DNA of 64,000 bases from Candidatus Bathyarchaeota archaeon (GCA_963775685.1 CAVZJV010000014.1:864001-928000), one strand, 5' to 3'. Numbered from the stretch's first letter, positions 32,517 to 42,294 are shown. Notes: generated by a model from the letters alone, not told the origin. A program made the numbers and translations.

Positions 32517-35040
32517 TCTACAACAAGGAGCAAAAAACACTACTAATAGAAAAATCTAAAATCTCTTACTGTGATTGGTGAGGATGTTGGAATTAGCTTG
32601 ATAATTGAAGAAAGTGATTTTTGATATAAAAAAAGAAGTTTGGACTGCATATTTATAAAATATATGAGCTAACAAGAAGTCAATAAAGTTCTCAATAGGG
32701 AAATTATGGGGAAAAATGCTAAAGTACTTTCTAAATAATAAAATATAAAAAGTTAACTGCAAAGTAAAAGTGTTGAGGTATATAAAAAAGAATAGGTGTA
32801 TAAAGTTTATTGTTCTATGGAGAAGAATAGTTAAAGGAATAGTATTTTAAAGAAACTAAGTATAAGATTGAAATTGTAGAAAATATAGAGAGTAATATAT
32901 GATAAAAGAGAAAAAAAGATTGAAAAGTATAAAAAGACTGAAATATAGATAGATAGATTTAAATGAAAAGCTAAATATATTTATAGAAAATAGAAACAGT
33001 GTTGGGTTAAAGTTGCTATAAAAAATCTCTCAAAGATTTAGGTAAATTGTCAACGGTAGTTAAGAGCTTCATAATTACATCAGTTGAAGTTGAGTTATAG
33101 TGATATGTTTACCTTATAATGCGTATTCTACAAGTTTACTACTGATATTTACCACTATACTTTTAGTTAACTCTATAGTTTTGGAAAAAACGAGAAGTCG
33201 CTAACAGTTAGTACTGTTGACAAATGTTTTGGCTGAAGTTCAGGCGCTTTTTGAGGTCCTTTATTTCCGAAAAGAAAGTTCATACTAATTTATTACAATA
33301 GAAAAAGAAGTAGTTTGTTTTAATTTTCTATCCAATGTATGCTAATTACACTATTAACCTAATAATGCATCAAATAGAACAAAACTACAAATGTTAAAAA
33401 ACCATAAACATAAGCATGGCATCAATCAAGCAAAAAGAAACTAATAGCGTAAACTTTGATTTTGTTGACTCATCTTATTCATAGATGGCGACAATAACAT
33501 AATTACAAATAGAAGCTAAAAACCTATTAATAGCCGGGAAAAAAAGTACCGTGAGATTAAACTATAAAAGAGGCTTAGTTTTTAAGGTTTGCAATAACTA
33601 AAGCAATTAATTATTTTTATTACTCGGATACTGCCATTTTGGCAGTGCTCTTAGTTTGCGATTTTAAACGGTAGTAGCTTCTTCTGAAATACCAAAAGTA
33701 GTTATTAACTTAATCTCTGATAACACATGCTCAAGGCAGAAAGCAGAATGCGTCACTAATAGGAAAATTTTAGTAAAGGCTAAAGTGATAAATTAACTTT
33801 TCAATAAACAGATAGATTACTTTAATTTAAATGTAGAGTATTTGACGTAACAGCTTGAGGATGAAGGCAGCTATCTCTTCTCTAGAGTATGTTTTATCAC
33901 CGAACGTTGATTGTTTTTGGAAAAGGGCAACGTTACAGGTCATAAGGCAAGTTAATGGTTTTCTCATAAAGAGACACGTAAGGTTTCAGAGACTAAGAAA
34001 CTTTGCAATAATAGCACGATAAAAGCTAAGAAAAACCTAAAATTACCAGCGCTTTGTAAAATAGCCATGTTCATCTCGACGTAGATCTGCCATGCTTATA
34101 GAATAACCCTTTAGAGTTTGGTTTCAATAGTTCCATGAAATCCATACTTTTTTCGGTAAATGCAAGTTTGATGTAATTGGAGTTAACTTAGATATTCTAT
34201 CATCAAAAAAAGGGTTAATAATTGCTGTTTCTCCTCCCCTATTTGATACACTACCAAAGAACCCACTTTTCTAATTTCAGTGATTTTATGTCACGATAGA
34301 AAAAAGATAAATTACTGCACTGCTAAATTGGCATAAGGTAATTTTAACTCAGAAAGACACTTGAAACCACTTTCTAAAGCTCTTTTTATGAGGATAAAAT
34401 TCTATAAGCAGATATATTATACTCTTTTTTACATGGAAAACAGAGGCTAATTTAGGCTTGTTTTCTGTACTTTTTAATGGAGCTTTAAAGGTAATTGTAC
34501 CATTTATTAGCATTAATGTATAAATTAGAACATACCAGCACTGACAGGATTACTTTTTATCACCGTCTTTTTATGGAAAAGCTGGATTTTATATAACGTA
34601 AAACCCCTGTTCGCTTTTTCTTATCATGTTTAGCATAACTCAATGGACATTTCAACATAACAAGCGTATTTACACGTTAAAATATCTATAAGAACATCAC
34701 ATTAGACCTAAAAAAAGACTATGCTTTACACTTTTCCTTATATACTAAACACTTTCTGTTTTTTATGAACCCCTGTATAAACAATATTACAAGTCTACTA
34801 AAAAGAGTAAAAATCGTGTGTAATCGCAAAACCTAATATTTTTATCGACTCTGGTATGGTCTAACATACTTGTTTAGTACTAACTAAACAAACAATATGG
34901 TAAGCCAAAAAATTTTTTAATTGAAAAAAGTTTCCCCTTAAGGCGCACAGCAAAGTTTTATTTCACCGTTTCCCATGCCAAAGACCATGCTTGAAAGGTC
35001 ACGGTAAAAAACTTAGAGAGATTAGAAGAAATATATTTCA

Positions 35041-36105
35041 TTATACAATAGAAGATTCCTTGAAGGTTAAGAACTTCTCACAATCCTTTTTCCAAACAGC
35101 TCTCCAGCTATCATCGCTTCTATTGAGATAGGTCTTTCCAAGATCGCCTAAGTTGTGGCCCATCATGTACTCGATAACTGAGTCAGTTACTTTGGCATCA
35201 GTTAAGAAAGTTCTAAAGGCTGTGCGTAAGCTGGAGGGAACGCAAGGATTACGGAGTTGCTTTTCCGGCTCTTGTTTCTTTTCTGAATCTGCTTTGGGTT
35301 GTACCTTTGCTAAGAAGTAGTGTGAGCGTCTATCGAAATACTTTTGAACACTCACAGAACTTCTATTGAATAGAAGATCATCTTCACTAAGAGCTTTAGG
35401 TAGGCTCTCATAGTATTGCTGAAAGAACCGTATGCCTTGAGTGCCAATGAAGGTTCTAAATTTTATTTGGAACTTCCTTGTTTTCCAGCGAACCATGTTT
35501 AAGCAGAAAGGGTTAACGTCGTTCTCGTATTGCTGTTTCACTTGACCGTAAGTTAACTTCAGTAAGTCAATGTTACTGAGGCCACTTTGTAGAAACCAAA
35601 CTCCTAAGCAACGATAGAGAGGTTTATCGAAAGATTGAATGAACTCTCCGACTTGCTGAAGGCTCCAAGCAAACTTAGGGTTCTCGGTTACTGCAGGAGG
35701 TAGATCACTGTAGCTTGTTGTTATTGGAATCTCAAAGAACTTGAAGAGAGCTTGCACAGAACCGACGTAAGCTCTAACGTTTTTATCAGCGAAGTCCTTG
35801 TCAACAAGATACGCTCCATATTGCTTTAGCAGTTCTCGGTCAGGAAACTTCTTTCTCTCAGCCACATCTATCTTCTTATCAATCCTAACAGCTACAAAGA
35901 AAGCTGAAATATCCTTGACAGTTCTAAACTCTGAATCCTTTTTGAGTGATTGCTCAGAAAGAAACGTTTGAAACAAAGCGAGCCCAGGTTTGTAGGATTT
36001 AGCTGAAGAGCCTAACTTACCTTGAGCGATTGCTTCAGTTGGAGAAATAGTATTAAGAAACTTGCTAACTTCAAAACCTAAACCTGAATCAATCATATCT
36101 ATCAA
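35041..36105 (-). CDS. Second tyrosine recombinase/integrase with atypical catalytic boxes
   Basis: QSGLSNIDLL, RWKT, PSSLRTAFRT, EYMMGH, KTY. Confidence 0.85.
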   Translation of the reverse strand: MIDMIDSGLGFEVSKFLNTISPTEAIAQGKLGSSAKSYKPGLALFQTFLSEQSLKKDSEFRTVKDISAFFVAVRIDKKIDVAERKKFPDRELLKQYGAYLVDKDFADKNVRAYVGSVQALFKFFEIPITTSYSDLPPAVTENPKFAWSLQQVGEFIQSFDKPLYRCLGVWFLQSGLSNIDLLKLTYGQVKQQYENDVNPFCLNMVRWKTRKFQIKFRTFIGTQGIRFFQQYYESLPKALSEDDLLFNRSSVSVQKYFDRRSHYFLAKVQPKADSEKKQEPEKQLRNPCVPSSLRTAFRTFLTDAKVTDSVIEYMMGHNLGDLGKTYLNRSDDSWRAVWKKDCEKFLTFKESSIV

Positions 36106-36252
36106 AAGAAAAAGGTGTTTGTTTAGTAACTCTTCATTATGATGCGGCTATTTGTAATCAATTAAGCTAGGGTTATAGTATCAAACAGGCTTAATCGCTA
36201 TATGAGATTTCCGTTCTATCAAGAGAACGAAAAAAGAAAACATCATTCTGGA

Positions 36253-36738
36253 TTAAGCTGAAATCAGGGTGAAACCGTTTGGTAGAAGCGCATTGTGAAT
36301 GTTACCAACGTAAACCATATCAGAAAAAGTAATAGCGGTATCAGTCGGTAGTTGGTCCTTTGCGTTTATGATTTTGTATTTTCTCATTGAAGAATCAGGT
36401 AGCACAACTTCAAGACTAAGTTTACTATTTTCTGAAGCTAACTGGCAAATTTGAAAGCCTATTTCCGATTGCTTATCCAAATCATTGGATAGCAAGAATT
36501 TCGCATTATTAGAGGTTAAAGTTGTCGGTCGATTCAGTATAATCTTTATGCCTTCCGGGAGAGGTCTTTCAACCCAATGGATCAGTTCGGGAATAACAGG
36601 AACTTCAGGTTTATCCTCTTCAGGTCTAATGTTAATTTCTTCTTTAGGCTTTTGGGGTGTTCTCCATGAGAAGCGAGATTTACCAGAGCCATGCCTTTGA
36701 TTTCCATAACCGTGACCAGAACGAGCACCATAACTCAT
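36253..36738 (-). CDS. Hypothetical protein with GHGYG basic N-terminal leader
   Basis: MSYGARSGHGYGNQR; GAGGA RBS. Confidence 0.7.
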   Translation of the reverse strand: MSYGARSGHGYGNQRHGSGKSRFSWRTPQKPKEEINIRPEEDKPEVPVIPELIHWVERPLPEGIKIILNRPTTLTSNNAKFLLSNDLDKQSEIGFQICQLASENSKLSLEVVLPDSSMRKYKIINAKDQLPTDTAITFSDMVYVGNIHNALLPNGFTLISA

Positions 36739-36769
36739 GTCATCAAATCCTCAATAGAAAAAAAGAGAA

Positions 36770-36904
36770 TCAGACTTCTTTCAATTTGAAAGTGTGATCT
36801 TTGAAGCAAGTATATGTTTTCAGCTTAACACCTTTGCGTACAATATCCTCGACAAAATCCATTGGCGCCTTACATTTAGGACATAATGGAGCATCTTCAC
36901 TCAA
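36770..36904 (-). CDS. Small zinc-finger protein, 44 aa (TTG start)
   Basis: SEDAPLCPKCKAPMDFVEDIVRKGVKLKTYTCFKDHTFKLKEV; start overlaps the upstream stop. Confidence 0.55.
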   Translation of the reverse strand: MSEDAPLCPKCKAPMDFVEDIVRKGVKLKTYTCFKDHTFKLKEV

Positions 36905-37488
36905 AAGTAATCCTTCCATCTGTCACTATCTTCACTGACATTCTCCATGAAATCTTTGTATTCTCCAGCCCACTGTTTAGCTTCTAAATCAGCACTATTC
37001 AACTGATCTTTCGAATAACTATTCTCTTTAGCCATTTGGTCTAGGTAATCCTTGTTTTCTTCATAGCTCAATTTGTGGTCTATTTCTGCTCGGTCAATCC
37101 CATACTTCTTAGTTAACGCCAATAGGTGAGCTCGCTCAAGATAGGTTAGTTTAGTTTCATCTCTGGTTTTATGCTCAAGTTTTACTTTCTCTTTCTTAGG
37201 CACATAACCAATCGGTTGACTAGATAACAACCCAGCAGAATCCTTTGGTTCAACAGCAAACTTATCCAAAGAAGGCTTAACTTGCGCCTTCGGAGTGTCA
37301 ATGTTAGGCCAATCAAAGTGCGAAGGATAATTCAACCATTGTTGCTCAGTCTCAGCGATAGGCGCATGAAGCCTATCATCCATCAAAATAGACCGGCGAC
37401 TACGAGAGTTTTGAACACGCATTAACCCCTTGAAACCACGCCTACGATTATCGCCGTACCCATGACCGCCTCTAGAATTGTAAGCCAT
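36901..37488 (-). CDS. Hypothetical protein with GHGYG basic N-terminal leader
   Basis: Likely start MAYNSRGGHGYGDNRRR after GGTGA; in-frame upstream extension to 37614 encodes a TM segment. Confidence 0.7.
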   Translation of the reverse strand: MAYNSRGGHGYGDNRRRGFKGLMRVQNSRSRRSILMDDRLHAPIAETEQQWLNYPSHFDWPNIDTPKAQVKPSLDKFAVEPKDSAGLLSSQPIGYVPKKEKVKLEHKTRDETKLTYLERAHLLALTKKYGIDRAEIDHKLSYEENKDYLDQMAKENSYSKDQLNSADLEAKQWAGEYKDFMENVSEDSDRWKDYF

Positions 37489-37628
37489 ATCTTCACCAAT
37501 AGAAAAATGAGCTATTAGCAATACAAGGGTAAAGAGTGCAATAAAGCACAAGCCAAATAGTCCTATGCGGTGTTTTTTCCTTGACTTTCTCTTACCCAGA
37601 GCTGTGACCATCACAAGAAAAAAAGAGG

Positions 37629-38180
37629 TTAGAGTTTTCTTGATAGCAAAATGGATATGACGCCAAAAATACTGAGAATTGAACCTGTCTCAAGAGAGTA
37701 TATTGGGTTCAATGCTGTTGTTGCTATAGGTGTTGGAGTTGGGTTTGAAACCGATGGTAAGGACCCGTCGAGATTTGTCACCGTTAAAGATGAAACGCAG
37801 TTAATTTGGATTCCATCAATCCCTATTTCAACTTCGACTTTATGAATGCCAGGGCTCTCAAAAAATAGGAAACAGGAAGAACTTGTCACTGGTATTTGAT
37901 TTTGGTCAACAAACCAAGAATAAGTTATAACGTGAGCGTTTGCGTCAATTCCTGATCCCAAAGAGGTTGTAAACGATATCGATTGGTTGATTGCGAGAGT
38001 CGCTTGTGTCGGGGTAAAAACAACAACATAGCGGCCATCTTGACTACTAAATACACCGAGTGGTACGCCAAAAGGTTGAATATTAGCATAAACAGTCATG
38101 CTAATAAGACCTAAACCGCTAAGTAACGAAATTATTCCTATAGTAATAAGAATCTTGGCACTCAGCTTTTTCGTTTTCAA
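37629..38180 (-). CDS. Membrane-anchored PKD/Ig-like domain protein
   Basis: N-terminal TM, TYSWFVD...FESPGIHKVEVEI, PT linker, C-terminal TM. Confidence 0.65.
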   Translation of the reverse strand: MKTKKLSAKILITIGIISLLSGLGLISMTVYANIQPFGVPLGVFSSQDGRYVVVFTPTQATLAINQSISFTTSLGSGIDANAHVITYSWFVDQNQIPVTSSSCFLFFESPGIHKVEVEIGIDGIQINCVSSLTVTNLDGSLPSVSNPTPTPIATTALNPIYSLETGSILSIFGVISILLSRKL

Positions 38181-38357
38181 GTCTTAAGCCTCTATAAGAA
38201 AAATAGAGGATGTACTGTTGGAAGAGTGGTTAAAATTGAAGACAACTGAGCTATTGATGTTTCAACCATACACAATAGAAAAAAAGGGCAAACAAAAACG
38301 AAAGCAAAATGGTGGACTTGTTTTGCTCTCGGCCCTACAAAAGAAAAAAGCCAAAGT

Positions 38358-38675
38358 TTAGGCTAATTTACGTTTCAGCTTTTCACTCTTCAGCTTCTTT
38401 TCAATATTGCTGAAAGTCAAATCATCCTCTTGCTCATACATGAGGTAATTAGTTTTTTCTCTGTAATCTCCACCGCGAAAAGCAAAGTTTATCAAAAGCT
38501 GCCCAAATCTGGTGTCAGGTTCAAGTTCCCAGAGTTCCTTCAGAGCATTAAGCAGTTTGGGTATTCGGGATGGGTCTCGGGGTTTGTAGTTGGCTGCCAT
38601 TTCCTTAATCTCTTTCAGTATTTCTTTTGACAATTTTGTGCTTTTCTGCTTTTTAGGTTGTTTCTTATCGGTCAA
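38358..38675 (-). CDS. Phage-type conserved hypothetical protein
   Basis: RDPSRIPKLLNALKELWELEPDTRFGQLL pattern recalled from phage proteins. Confidence 0.6.
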   Translation of the reverse strand: MTDKKQPKKQKSTKLSKEILKEIKEMAANYKPRDPSRIPKLLNALKELWELEPDTRFGQLLINFAFRGGDYREKTNYLMYEQEDDLTFSNIEKKLKSEKLKRKLA

Positions 38676-38862
38676 AACTTGCGCACCTTATTCCTTTCTC
38701 TCTTTTTTCTAACCGGATAAGCTCTGCTACTGCAAACTCAAAGGCGTGACTTGTATTTCTGAAACGGTATTTTTTGACCTGTTCATTTATCCAGTCGATT
38801 AAGGTTTTTTCTACTGTTATGGTAACTTTTTGTTTTGGCATACTTTCCATATTGTTCGCCAT
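38665..38862 (-). CDS. Ribbon-helix-helix regulator
   Basis: KVTITVEKTLIDWINEQV....FRNTSHAFEFAV. Confidence 0.75.
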   Translation of the reverse strand: MANNMESMPKQKVTITVEKTLIDWINEQVKKYRFRNTSHAFEFAVAELIRLEKREKGIRCASFDR

Positions 38863-38899
38863 CTCTTTTAGGCTTTAACCATCATCATCTTATTATAGT

Positions 38900-38915
38900 A
38901 AAGCTTATAAGCTTT
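38900..38915. promoter_or_regulatory. Palindromic bidirectional BRE/TATA element
   Basis: Perfect 16-bp palindrome AAAGCTTATAAGCTTT between divergent ORFs. Confidence 0.6.
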
Positions 38916-38950
38916 TGCCTTATAATAGCTTACACAATGTTTAGGAGAAA

Positions 38951-39304
38951 ATGAAAAATATGAGCCACCTAGAAAAAGAAACAGAAAATAAAACCCAAAA
39001 AATTGAGTTAGACATCCCAACAGGTGAAATAGCCCTACTTCAACAATTCGCAAAAACACAAGGAAAAAGCGTAAACCAACTATTGAGCAAAATAATCAGT
39101 GAAAAAATCGCAGAGGAAAAAGGTGAACACCTAACTTTTGAAGAAAACGGCGTAGTCTATGAGCGCCTATCAATCGACCTTCCACAAAACATCGTTAATT
39201 TCTATCGCTATAAGGCACATGCAAAAGGCTTATCAGACCTAACAGAAAGTCTAATTGCCTTTGACATCACCGATCACCTATACGCAGAAATAGAAGGCAA
39301 CTGA
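38951..39304 (+). CDS. Putative RHH-containing regulator
   Basis: IELDIP...LLQQFAKTQGKSVNQLLSKII; AGGAG RBS. Confidence 0.6.
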   Translation: MKNMSHLEKETENKTQKIELDIPTGEIALLQQFAKTQGKSVNQLLSKIISEKIAEEKGEHLTFEENGVVYERLSIDLPQNIVNFYRYKAHAKGLSDLTESLIAFDITDHLYAEIEGN

Positions 39305-39429
39305 AGCGACGACTGGAAAGAACTCTTTAACCTATCCTCAGATTTCGACGGAATATTCAACCGGGAAGAACTATTATTACGGAACTCGCCGCGAAGCAAA
39401 GAAAAAACAAAAGCAAAGGAAAACTGAAA

Positions 39430-39600
39430 ATGTCACCAAATACTGAAGATCAAAAGAACGAGTCTATAACGATTAATGTTACTGTTCCTAAAGCCTTCCT
39501 GCAGAACGTAGTTGGATACTTGAAGAAAACAGGACATTATAATGACTTAGACGAGTTTGTCATGGAAGCACTACGAGAAAGAATGCTAAAAGTATCATAA
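39430..39600 (+). CDS. Small ribbon-helix-helix protein, 56 aa (below the ORF-track cutoff)
   Basis: MSPNTEDQKNESITINVTVPKAFLQNVVGYLKKTGHYNDLDEFVMEALRERMLKVS. Confidence 0.65.
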   Translation: MSPNTEDQKNESITINVTVPKAFLQNVVGYLKKTGHYNDLDEFVMEALRERMLKVS

Positions 39601-39746
39601 CCTTCCAATTTCCGCTTTTCTTTTTTTATTCTTTTCACCATAAATAGGGACCGACGCCTATTGGGAAAGCGTCGATCCCATTTTGGCTTTGTCTGCTGCT
39701 TTTGTCTTTGATGCCTTTTTCTGGCACAAGAAAAATACCAGAATTG

Positions 39747-40121
39747 TTAATTGGCATATCCAAGGTATTGCCAAACAATTTTTCCATTAACTCTCGAAAC
39801 CCTATAGAGATAAGGGCCATGAGGGCAACCATTACAGTTCTTTCCACAAGGCACAAGTTTAGAGACTAAAGACCCCTTAGTTTTGATCTGAGTTTTCTCA
39901 GCATTACTGTTTTTCTGTTCATTGAGGCTTTCTTGCAGGATTTCAACAAAATCATTCAATTCGACTAGGATTTTTTTGGTTTCTTCGATAAACTTATGGT
40001 TCTGCTCATAGATAGCCAGGGCATTTTCAGCACCTTGCCTTTTATCCTTGCACGTTTGATAAGCGGTTAGCATGGCCTCGTAAACGTCTTTAACTGTCTT
40101 ACCTAACACATCCATGAACAA
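39747..40121 (-). CDS. Coiled-coil plus Cys/His HGPY domain protein (DUF6788-like)
   Basis: CGKNCNGCPHGPYLYRVSRVNGKIVWQYLG. Confidence 0.65.
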   Translation of the reverse strand: MFMDVLGKTVKDVYEAMLTAYQTCKDKRQGAENALAIYEQNHKFIEETKKILVELNDFVEILQESLNEQKNSNAEKTQIKTKGSLVSKLVPCGKNCNGCPHGPYLYRVSRVNGKIVWQYLGYAN

Positions 40122-40122
40122 C

Positions 40123-40147
40123 CTCTCCTAAACGTTAGGTAAGAAAA
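40123..40147. repeat. 25-bp direct repeat, copy 1 (hairpin plus RBS on the minus strand)
   Basis: CTCTCCTAAACGTTAGGTAAGAAAA; 23/25 identical to 41475-41499. Confidence 0.8.
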
Positions 40148-40199
40148 CACGCATTCTTTTGAAGATAAGACAAATAAGTAAACCCTCAAAAGAAAAATA

Positions 40200-41464
40200 T
40201 CAAAATACTGAGAAACTACTCACCAGCATCGACAATCTTGTTTTAGCTGTCCTTTTGCGTCAGCTTCTTCTGAACTTAGCCAATAGACCGTCAAGTTTCA
40301 GTTTCAAGTCACTGTTTGAATAGTTACTAAGAATAGCATTGACAGAACCGTTTTTATCGTCAACCATAACTAAGCAGCCCTCATTTTTGATAACTCAGAG
40401 ACTTTTTGAGTAAGTGCCAAAATCAGTTTTAGATTAGCATCAGATTCAGCCTTATGCCTCCGCTCTTGCTCTGCCAACCTATCCTCGTGTGCTCGTTGTC
40501 TAGCCTTCTTGAGCCTCTAACCTTTCAGCTACCTTAACCATAATGCGATTAGTATCTCTCTGTGTCAATGTACTACTCTGTAGATTGTTGGCAACCAAAC
40601 CTAAAGCGCCTTGAGTTTGAGCGAAAGCCATTCCGCCGCTGACAAGTCCAAGCATGGCCTCAAGACTCTTCTCTTCCCTTGAATGAGCCTCCAGTCTAAC
40701 CACGTTTTCGCCTAAAGCTGGCTTGTTATAAACCCTTGCGATAAAACTGTCAAAAGCCTTAAGCGTCACAGAAATAGGCAATTTACTTTCGTCAACATTT
40801 ATAAAATCATCATTTAAGCCAAACTGCACAACCTTCCATTTCAGAAAGTTATCTCTAATCTGAGATAACCCATGAAGTTCAAGCCATGTATCAACCCTAG
40901 CTAACGATAAACAAAAACCGTCATAATCCATCGGCTCCTCAGTACAACCACACCAAACCGTCAAAGTCTCCGCACTTAACTGAAAACTTGTAAGACCCTT
41001 ATCCTTAACCCCAAAATGATCTCGCAACATAGAGCCTAAAGGAGTTAACGATTCAGTACCAGTAAGTGGTGTCGTGTTCGCTATGACTGAGTTGAAAGTC
41101 TCTAAACCACATCTTTAGTAGTAATCTTAAGAGTTAGACCATGAATGTGCCATTTTTTGCCTGTGCTGTAACTTTTGAGCAGTCGGTTAAAGTCGTCATT
41201 CATGCGTTTGGTCGAAGCGTAGAAATGATATTTCCCTCTATCGTCACATACAACCTTGTTTTTCTCAAGTAAAACCTTTAGAACCCTTCTAACTGTGCCT
41301 CCAGGGAGATGCAAACAGTTTTTAGCCAAGTATGAAGGATTGAACCACTCGTCACCTGTTGCTCTGCTCTCAAGGAACTCTAAGACCCTATCCAATGCGT
41401 TCGTATATCCGTTCAATGTGTTCGCTTTTACGCATGCAGGAGAGGTATTATTTGCTGAATCCAA
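40200..41464 (-). CDS. wHTH plus Rep_trans-like putative rolling-circle initiator, frameshifted (3' end approximate)
   Basis: N-terminal wHTH (PSYLAK...TVRRVLKVL); WKVVQFGLNDD, IARVYNK and VVRLEAH motifs; coiled-coil tail. Confidence 0.5.
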
Positions 41465-41474
41465 AATTAATTTA

Positions 41475-41499
41475 CTCTCCTAAATATTAGGTAAGAAAA
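41475..41499. repeat. 25-bp direct repeat, copy 2
   Basis: CTCTCCTAAATATTAGGTAAGAAAA. Confidence 0.8.
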
Positions 41500-41558
41500 A
41501 GTGAGAACCAAAAGAAAAAGGAAGGTGTCGCTGGCGATGTATCCACTAACACGCTTTA

Positions 41559-41577
41559 AACTCTACCATCATGCTTT
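41559..41577 (+). repeat. attR: core AACTCT plus TCATGCTTT
   Basis: AACTCT (41559-64) ACCA TCATGCTTT (41569-77). Confidence 0.75.
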
Positions 41578-42262
41578 CCTGGTTACCAAAGATGAGAAGT
41601 GGGCGGTTATCCAGCAGGGAATGAATGACAAAGATCGCAGTGCCAGGCGCTACCACTGGTTGAGCGAAAATACCAAAGATTTTGTTGTCGAACCGCATAA
41701 CGCCATCGTTGGAACTAAACATACCGGAGTGCTAAACATGGTGGCTAAAACCAGCGAAGCCGCCCGCAAAGCTTCTGTTGACCTATCAAAGGAACCCACG
41801 CGCAAACTTGTGAACCTTATCGAATCTTTCTCAAAACCCCACAACCAATCTTCGCTTCAACAGTGGCTTCCTAAAACTTCAGAGCGCTGGCAGCAAACCC
41901 TCACCACGCTCAATATGCCCCGCAACATAAACTGGGATACGCTAAGCCGCGTCTATGAGTTTCAACCCAGCAATTATGAAGAACTGCTCAGCTTAAAAGG
42001 GGTAGGACCAGCAACCGTTCGCGGATTAGCACTTGTAGCGGAACTGGTTTATGGGGAAGAGCCTAGTTGGGAAGATCCTGTCAAATTCAGTTTCGCTTAC
42101 GGGGGCAAAGACGGTGTACCGTATCCTGTAGACCGCAAAGCTATGGATGAATCCATCCAAATTCTTAAGCAATCTGTTCTAGAAGCAAAAATCGGCGAGA
42201 AAGAAAAACTGCAGTCCCTGCAGAGTCTACGTCGATACGTTCCGCTTAATGCAAATTCTTAA
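41561..42262 (+). CDS. DUF763 family protein, C-terminal part
   Basis: LYHHAF, WAVIQQGMN, ARRYHW, GVGPATVRGLAL, DPVKFSFAYGGKDG. Confidence 0.9.
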   Translation, partial: LYHHAFLVTKDEKWAVIQQGMNDKDRSARRYHWLSENTKDFVVEPHNAIVGTKHTGVLNMVAKTSEAARKASVDLSKEPTRKLVNLIESFSKPHNQSSLQQWLPKTSERWQQTLTTLNMPRNINWDTLSRVYEFQPSNYEELLSLKGVGPATVRGLALVAELVYGEEPSWEDPVKFSFAYGGKDGVPYPVDRKAMDESIQILKQSVLEAKIGEKEKLQSLQSLRRYVPLNANS

Positions 42263-42294
42263 AACAACCAGCCACAAGAGGATTAACGGTAAAG

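Noticed and set aside
33630-33646. Hairpin ACTGCCA-TTT-TGGCAGT
   Set aside because: A 7-bp stem in low-quality sequence with no supporting context
34960-35010. CCATGCTT near the end of integrase 2 as a third att site (tandem elements)
   Set aside because: Only 7 nt match and the AACTCT core is absent
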